Positions 54,025 to 60,000 of a stretch of DNA of 60,000 bases are shown here, one piece after another. Both the position numbers and the translations under genes were made by a program. Each line of letters starts with the position of its first letter. Position 1 is the stretch's first letter. A model generated the notes under the pieces. The model ran no database searches. It saw only the letters and a program-made list of their open reading frames with translations, and was not told the DNA's origin. This DNA is from Felis catus (taxonomy: Eukaryota), in assembly GCF_018350175.1 (NCBI RefSeq), contig NC_058383.1:6202001-6262000 (forward strand). Reading direction: 5' to 3'.

Positions 54025-54430
54025 TAGTTAATTAATCTATTTATTTATTTTGGGGGCAGGACAGAGAGGGAGAGAGAGAGAATCTCAAGCAGGCTTCACG
54101 CTCAGCCCAGAGCCCGGTCTGGGGCTCGATCTCACGACCGTGAGATCATGACCCGAGCCAATGTGAAGAGTCAGACACTGTGGGGTGGCCCGGTTGGTTC
54201 GGCGTCTGACTCTTGGTTTCGGCTCAGGTCATGATCTTGCAGTTTCATAAGTTCGAGCCCTGGGTTGAGCTTTGTGCTGGCGGTGTGGAGCCCGCCTGGG
54301 ATTCTCTGCCTCTCCCTCTCCCTCTCTGCCCCTCTCCCATTCACGTGGTCTCCGTCTCTCTCAAAATAAATAAACTTGAAAAAATTTTTGTAAATGAGTC
54401 AGATGATTAACTGAGTCACCCAGGCACGCC
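54025..54430 (-). mobile_element. Can-SINE interrupted by an opposite-strand Can-SINE (~54182-54392)
   Basis: Host body breaks after gagtcagacact and resumes after gagtcagat; the inner element has a head and aaaataaataaac tail. Confidence 0.85.
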
Positions 54431-56076
54431 TCATTCATTTACATTTAAACTAATTACTGACCAGAGAGGACTTACTCTTGCCATTTTGTTACTTGTTTTC
54501 TGTGTCTTAGAGCTTTTCTCCCATTTACCCGGTTACTGCCTTCCTTTGTATTCAGTTGGTTTTTCGTTTGTTTTGTTTTTCTGTGGGGACATTTTAGTTC
54601 CTTCTCATTTGCTTTTGTATATATCCTACAGATATTTTCTTTGTGGTTACCATGGGGATCACACTTAATACCTTAAAATTATCGCAATCTCATTTGAATT
54701 GATAGCAACTTCAACCACATACAAAAACTCTACTTTTTTTGTAGTTCTGCCCTCCATTTGTTGATGTATCAAACCACATCCTTAAACGTTGTATATCCAC
54801 AAACATAGGTTTTACACACTGGGCTTTTAAGTCGTGTAGCAAAGTAAAAGTCCAGTTACAAAACCGAATCGCCATACTTGCCCATGTATTTAACCATTAC
54901 TAGAGAACTTTATATGTTCGTGTGGCTTTGATTACTGTCTAGCACCCTTTCATTCCAACATGAAGGCCTAAGCTGTTTCTTATAGGGCATCTCTAATGGT
55001 GATGAATTCCTCTGGCTTTTATTTATCCGGAAATGTTTTAATTTCTTCCTCATTTTGTGAGGTTTGCTGGATATAGAAAATTTGGCTGGCAGCTTGTTTG
55101 TTTTTGTTTTTGTTTTTCTTTCAGCACTTTAATCATACCACTCTTCCAGTCTCCATGGTTTCTGCTAGGAAGTCTGCTGATCATTTTGTTAAGGATCTCT
55201 CATACACGGTGAGTCACCCTTGCTGCTTTAGAAGATTATGTCTTTGGTTTTCGACAGTTTAATTATAATGTGCCCCGGTATAGGTGTCTTTGGGTTTATC
55301 CTCCTTACAGTCCTTGAGCCTCTTGGATTTATACATCCATGTCTGTCCTCAAATTTGGGAAGTTTTCAGCCATTGTTTCTTCAAATAATTCTCTCTTTCT
55401 CTCTCTCCTCTCCTTCTGGGATTCTCATAGTGCCCATTTTGGCCCCCTTGATGGTACGCTAGACAACGCTTAACGCTTAGCCTTTCTTCACTTTTCTTCA
55501 TTCTGTTTCTTTCTGCTTCTCTGAGTCAGTGATTTCAAATGACCTGTCTCCCAAGTTCACAGAATCTTTCCTCTGCCTGTTCAAGTCTGCCAGTGAACCC
55601 TCTAATGGATTTTTTTCAGTTTACTTACTATATTTTCCAGCTCCAGAATTTCTGTTCATATACTATTCTCCTGATTTCCACTGCTTCTTTGCCCATGTTT
55701 CCCTTTAGCTCTTTGAGCATTTTTAAGACAGTTGCTTTATGGTCTTTGTCTTAAAAGCCTATGTTCATAAGCTAATGTTAAGCCTTTGTCTTATACTGTT
55801 TCTTCAAGAACGATTTCTGGGTCTTTGGGTTTTTTTCCTTTATTTGAACCATGGTTTCTTATTTCTGCCTTGTGATATTTTGTTGAAAATTGGGAATTTG
55901 AAACATGTCCCAGTTTTCAGAGACTGGTTCTGTGCAGAGGAAGACTTTTGCTGGTCAGCACAACATAAGGGCTTAAAGGTGTGGGTTTTATCTGGATGTG
56001 CATCATCCCGGGGCCTGTGTGTGTGCCTAATCCTTCCTGGAAGCCTGGCTGCTTTTAAATGCCTTAATTTCCCAGA

Positions 56077-56240
56077 GGCGCCTGGATGGTCAGTTAGGCA
56101 TCTGACTTGATCTCAGCTCAGGTCTTGATCTCAGGGTCATGAGTTCAAGCCCTGCATTGGGTACCATGCTGGACTTTAAACAACGAATGGATCAATCAAT
56201 CAGTCAGTCAATGAATGAATCAGTGAATCAGTGAATGACT
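56077..56240 (+). mobile_element. Short Can-SINE with tail expanded into ATCA/GTCA/ATGA tetranucleotide repeats
   Basis: ggcgcctggatggtcagttaggc...gagttcaagccc; atcaatcaatcagtcagtcaatgaatga. Confidence 0.75.
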
Positions 56241-56800
56241 TAATGTTCCTGAGAGTGCCACCCCTGTCTTCTCGAGCCTCAGATGCCCTATCGTGTTCCT
56301 CAATCAGTAACCTTGTGCCGGGTGTCTGCAGACGGTCCTCTTGTGGGTTCCACAGGCTGTGCCTGCTGCTGCTTGCTGCTTCCTCTGCTCTGAGATTTGA
56401 GCTGTGCTGCTTTTGACTGGGCTCCAAGTTAAGGGACCCGAAGATCAGCCCCTCAGACAACCCTTGACAGGCTGCTTTGCCCTCTGGTTTGTAAAAAAGG
56501 GGGACCCGGGACCTGGCTGCCACTTCCCCCAAATTGTGCTGTGCCACACCAGGGAGCACGTGGGGAAAGGGCGCGTGAAAACACCTTGAAATGTTCTATC
56601 ATTTTGAATGTAGCTTTTTCTTGGCTGGGCATTTGCTTACTTGCTGTAGATTCCCAGAGCTCCCGCAAAGGTATTTCAGCGGGTCTCTGGTTCTTTGTCA
56701 CGTGTCAGGTGGTGGGGGTGGGGGAACGGGCCCGGAGCTTTCTAATACTCCATCTTGCTGACGTCACTCTCTAGGCCTTTCGTTTAAATTTGTTACTTTT

Positions 56801-57031
56801 ATTTTATCTTTTTTTAAAAATTTTTTTTAACATTTATTTATTTTTGAGACAGAGAGAGACAGAGCATGAGCAGGGGAGGGTCAGAGAGAGAGGGAGACAC
56901 AGAATCCGAAACAGGCTCCAGGCTCCGAGCTGTCAGCCCAGAGCCCGACGCGAGGCTCGAACTCACGGACCGTGAGATCGTGACCTGAGCTGAAGTCGGA
57001 CGTCCAACCGACTGAGCCACCCAGGCGCCCC
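56801..57031 (-). mobile_element. Feline Can-SINE
   Basis: TSD taaatttgttactttt on both sides. Confidence 0.93.
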
Positions 57032-57096
57032 TAAATTTGTTACTTTTAAATTGAGGTATAATTTACAAAGGTGTAAATTAAAAACTAAAAAAAAAA

Positions 57097-57307
57097 TTTT
57101 AACCATTTATTTATTTTTGAGAGACAGAGGGAGACAGAGCATGAGTGGGGGAGGGGGCAGAGAAGGAGGGAGACGCAGAATCCGAAGCAGGCTCCAGGCT
57201 CCGAGCTGTCAGCACAGAGCCCAACATGGGGCTCGAACTCACTAACCGTGAGATCGTGATGTGAGCCAAAGTCAGACACTTCACTGACTGAGCCACCCAG
57301 GCGCCCC
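57097..57307 (-). mobile_element. Can-SINE
   Basis: Full body ending gagccacccaggcgcccc. Confidence 0.92.
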
Positions 57308-57718
57308 AAGGATTCACATATTTATAATGCACGTTTAGAAATCCTGTCCTGAGAATTCTAGTATTATGACACTATCATTTGAGCTATTATGGAATCATGT
57401 AAGTAACAGTGATAAAACTGAAAGAGGAAAATGGTCAAAATTGCCTTAGAAATCAGTGCTTTATTTTTAGATTATTTTAACAGACTTAGTAACAACAAAA
57501 ATTCTATATTAATACTACCTTCAAATAGAATGAAGTGGAATCATTTAACTTTTAAGATTCACATTTGAGTATTCTTCTGTTATTAATCATTATTTGGAGA
57601 AAAATTTTATCAAGATTCTAATTTGAACCCCACTATATATATACTCTCTGAACTAAAAAAAGCAAGGAGGCTAAAAGAGAAAAAACTCAAAATTACTTGA
57701 GTGCAGAGATAAAGCTAC

Positions 57719-58524
57719 CTAGGTAAGGTCCTGGACCGTCCAGTTGCTGCGTTAGAAGGCAAATCACCACCTCGGACCATGTGGACAGAGGTGGAATCCA
57801 GCACCGGATGTAGACATTTCTATTGTCTGCGGAGTATGTGTTGGGCCAGCAAAGACCGCTGGAGGAGAGAATCCCTGGAGGGCAGGATCCTCGTTTTCCT
57901 GGACGAAGGGAAGGACAGGGGCTCTTGGTCTCAGTCCCTGGGACCTGTTGTTCCTGGGTGACGCCTGAGTCGGAAGGGAAGTCCAGCATCTCAGCCAGCT
58001 GTTGTGGACAGATGAGTGTCTGTGCGTCTGGGCCTGGGTTCAGGAGGATGACGCACTCAGTGGAGGGTCCCTTGTCCAGCGGGCCTGAGCCTGTGGGGGA
58101 CGTGGTTACACTTGGACCCTGCACCTTTACAACTCCACGTTCCTTCTTATTCCTGAGGAGTCTGGTTCCAGAGGATTCCCTGCTGGGCCTCATGAGCCCC
58201 TGCCAGATGCGTTGCCAGAAACATTAGAGACATATGTTAGGCTTTTGATTTCTTCTGAGTAACTTTTGTCTGAAGTCTGCCTCACCTTTTTTGTGTTTCC
58301 CTCACGGGAAATGAGCTGGCCTTGAGAGAGGCCATTGAGGATTTCTGACGTTTCCGCAAGAATTTTGGTCTCTTGACCTGGTTCCAGCTCTTCACATGTG
58401 TCTGATCTTCTAAATTGCTGCAGAAAGATTCTCCTTTCTCTTGACACAGGGAATTCATTCTTGATTAAATGGTCAGTGGAGATTCATTTCTTCTTGCAGT
58501 TTCTGCTGGAACTCCTTTCACTAT
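57719..58524 (-). pseudogene. Candidate decayed coding exon or pseudogene fragment of unknown identity
   Basis: Non-repeat block with two long collinear frames, one in-frame TGA, one frameshift and splice-site-like ends. Confidence 0.35.
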
Positions 58525-58574
58525 CTGTGACTTTATTTAGGGAATCATAAAAGAAAATGGGAAGCTTAAAAAAA

Positions 58575-58781
58575 ATTTTTTTAATGTTTATTTTTGAAAG
58601 AGAGAGGGAGAGAGACAGAGTGTGAGCAGGGGAGGGACAGAGAGAGAAGGAAACACAGAATCTGAAGCAGGCTCCAGGCTCTGAGCTGTCAAGCACAGAG
58701 CCCGAGGTGGGGCTCAAACCCACCAACTGCGAGATCATGAGACTAGAGCTGAAGTCAGACGCTGCACCGCCCAGGTGCCCC
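58575..58781 (-). mobile_element. Can-SINE
   Basis: TSD gaa(a/g)atgggaag(c/t)tt on both sides. Confidence 0.9.
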
Positions 58782-58964
58782 GAAGATGGGAAGTTTTTAA
58801 CATCCAGGTTCTATGCCCAGCACAAGCTTTCTTAGGTGATCACGAGTTAATGTAAGTTCTCTGACTCTAGAATTAGAACCTGGTTCCTCTAGAAGCAGTG
58901 ATTCGGACTACACCAGCCCCATCCGGTAAACACCAAGCCCATTTTGAATATTTTTCAAACCCTG

Positions 58965-59216
58965 GGGACGGGGGATGGGCAAAATGGGCGAAGGGGAGAG
59001 CTCGGAGGTACAGGCTCCCGTCTATGGAATGAGTAAGTCACAGGGATGAAAGGCACAGCACAGGGAGTATAGTCAGTGGTGCTGTGATCACGTCATATGA
59101 TGACAGGTGGTAAGCACACTTGGGAGCACAGCATGACGTCTAGAATTATCGAGTTCCTACGTTGTATGCCTCAAACTAATGTAATATCGTGTCAACTATA
59201 CTTCCACAAAAAAAAA
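58965..59216 (+). mobile_element. LINE-1 3' end (L1MA9/carnivore type)
   Basis: ggtacaggctcccgtctatggaatgagtaagtcacagggatgaaaggcacagc...aactaatgtaatatcgtgtcaactatacttc followed by A tail. Confidence 0.88.
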
Positions 59217-59457
59217 TATTGTTTCAAACCCAGAAGATCCTATAACTCTCATATGTGAGTTATTATTGACACATTTTTAAATGTGCACTTTTTTATGCAA
59301 GTTTATAAATTTTCATTTTTTCCAATTTTATTGAGACCCGACTGACACAGAACATTGTATTCATTCAAGGCATGCGACATAATGATTTGATGTGTGTATC
59401 CATCACCGTGTTTTTGTGTGTGTGACTACAGTGAAGCATTCTCTGGGGATTTAAAAA

Positions 59458-59645
59458 ATTTTTTTAACTTTATTTTTGAGAGCGACCGCAAGCAGGTGGA
59501 GGGGCAGAGAGAGAGAATCCCAAGCAGGCTCCACGCTGTCAGCGCAGAGCCCGGTGCGGGGCTCAAACTCATGAACCGTAAGATCGTGACCCGAGCTGAA
59601 ACCAAGAGTCGGACGCTTCACCAACTGAGCCACACCAGGCGCCCC
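59458..59645 (-). mobile_element. Can-SINE
   Basis: TSD tctctgggga on both sides. Confidence 0.9.
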
Positions 59646-60000
59646 TCTCTGGGGAGTTTAGATGTGACCTGTAAGGGCACTGGTGGTTTTATCTTTCCTT
59701 GCTACTCTAACACACACGTGGTTTTGTCTTTTCTCAAGGCTTGTGAAAGCATCTCACTGAGCCGCATCGGTCAGTTTCTTCCAAACCCTTGGTGACCTGC
59801 CTTCTGTGGGCTTTCCAGGTCCCGAAGGAGCCGTCCCACCTGCGCCCCCCTCCCTCCGTGTCCTCTCCATGACACCGGCCAAGACTTCCTGGGGCTCGGC
59901 TGCAGGACAGGCTGGGGGTGGCCAATGTCACTGGGGGAACTGACCCGGACTCTGGGCCCGTGAACCCTCTGGGTTTGTCTGACTCTTCGTTCGATGTGCT

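Larger units (their letters stand above)
53380..56760 (-). mobile_element. Old LINE-1 (ORF2 start, ORF1, 5' region) with inserted U6 and SINEs
   Basis: cttaaagtctattttgtctgacatcaatatagctactcctgct (L1 endonuclease region); tttgggaagttttcagccattgtttcttcaaata (ORF1). Confidence 0.8.

Noticed and set aside
1..60000. CRISPR array, prokaryotic operon or defence system, functional tRNA/rRNA
   Set aside because: Spliced mammalian locus; the recurring repeats are dispersed SINEs, and the tRNA-like boxes are SINE heads
57300..60000. SMURF1, the expected downstream neighbour on the - strand by human synteny
   Set aside because: No HECT-domain coding sequence is seen in the window; it probably lies beyond the right edge

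Overview
Mammalian genomic DNA from a felid, judging by the dense feline-type Can-SINEs (SINEC_Fc-like). The + strand carries the 3' part of TRRAP, the PIKK-family pseudokinase scaffold of SAGA/TIP60. I traced 28 coding exons from 1396 to the TGA at 47444-47446. All have GT-AG boundaries and consistent phases, giving 5133 nt or about 1710 aa. A 3'UTR with AATAAA at 48239 follows. Introns and the downstream region contain many Can-SINEs (several with exact target-site duplications, two nested), L1 fragments, MIRs, one MER58-like DNA transposon and two retroposed U6 snRNA fragments. The most notable unexplained items are a decayed coding-like block on the - strand at about 57700-58530, a U6 retrocopy oriented against its target-site polarity, near-identical inverted young SINEs bracketing an in-frame 8-exon block, CpG-gaining old L1s, and a tandem nuclear-receptor half-site array. 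I found no prokaryotic-type system or CRISPR array. Repeat subfamily names and human TRRAP comparisons are from memory, not from a search.
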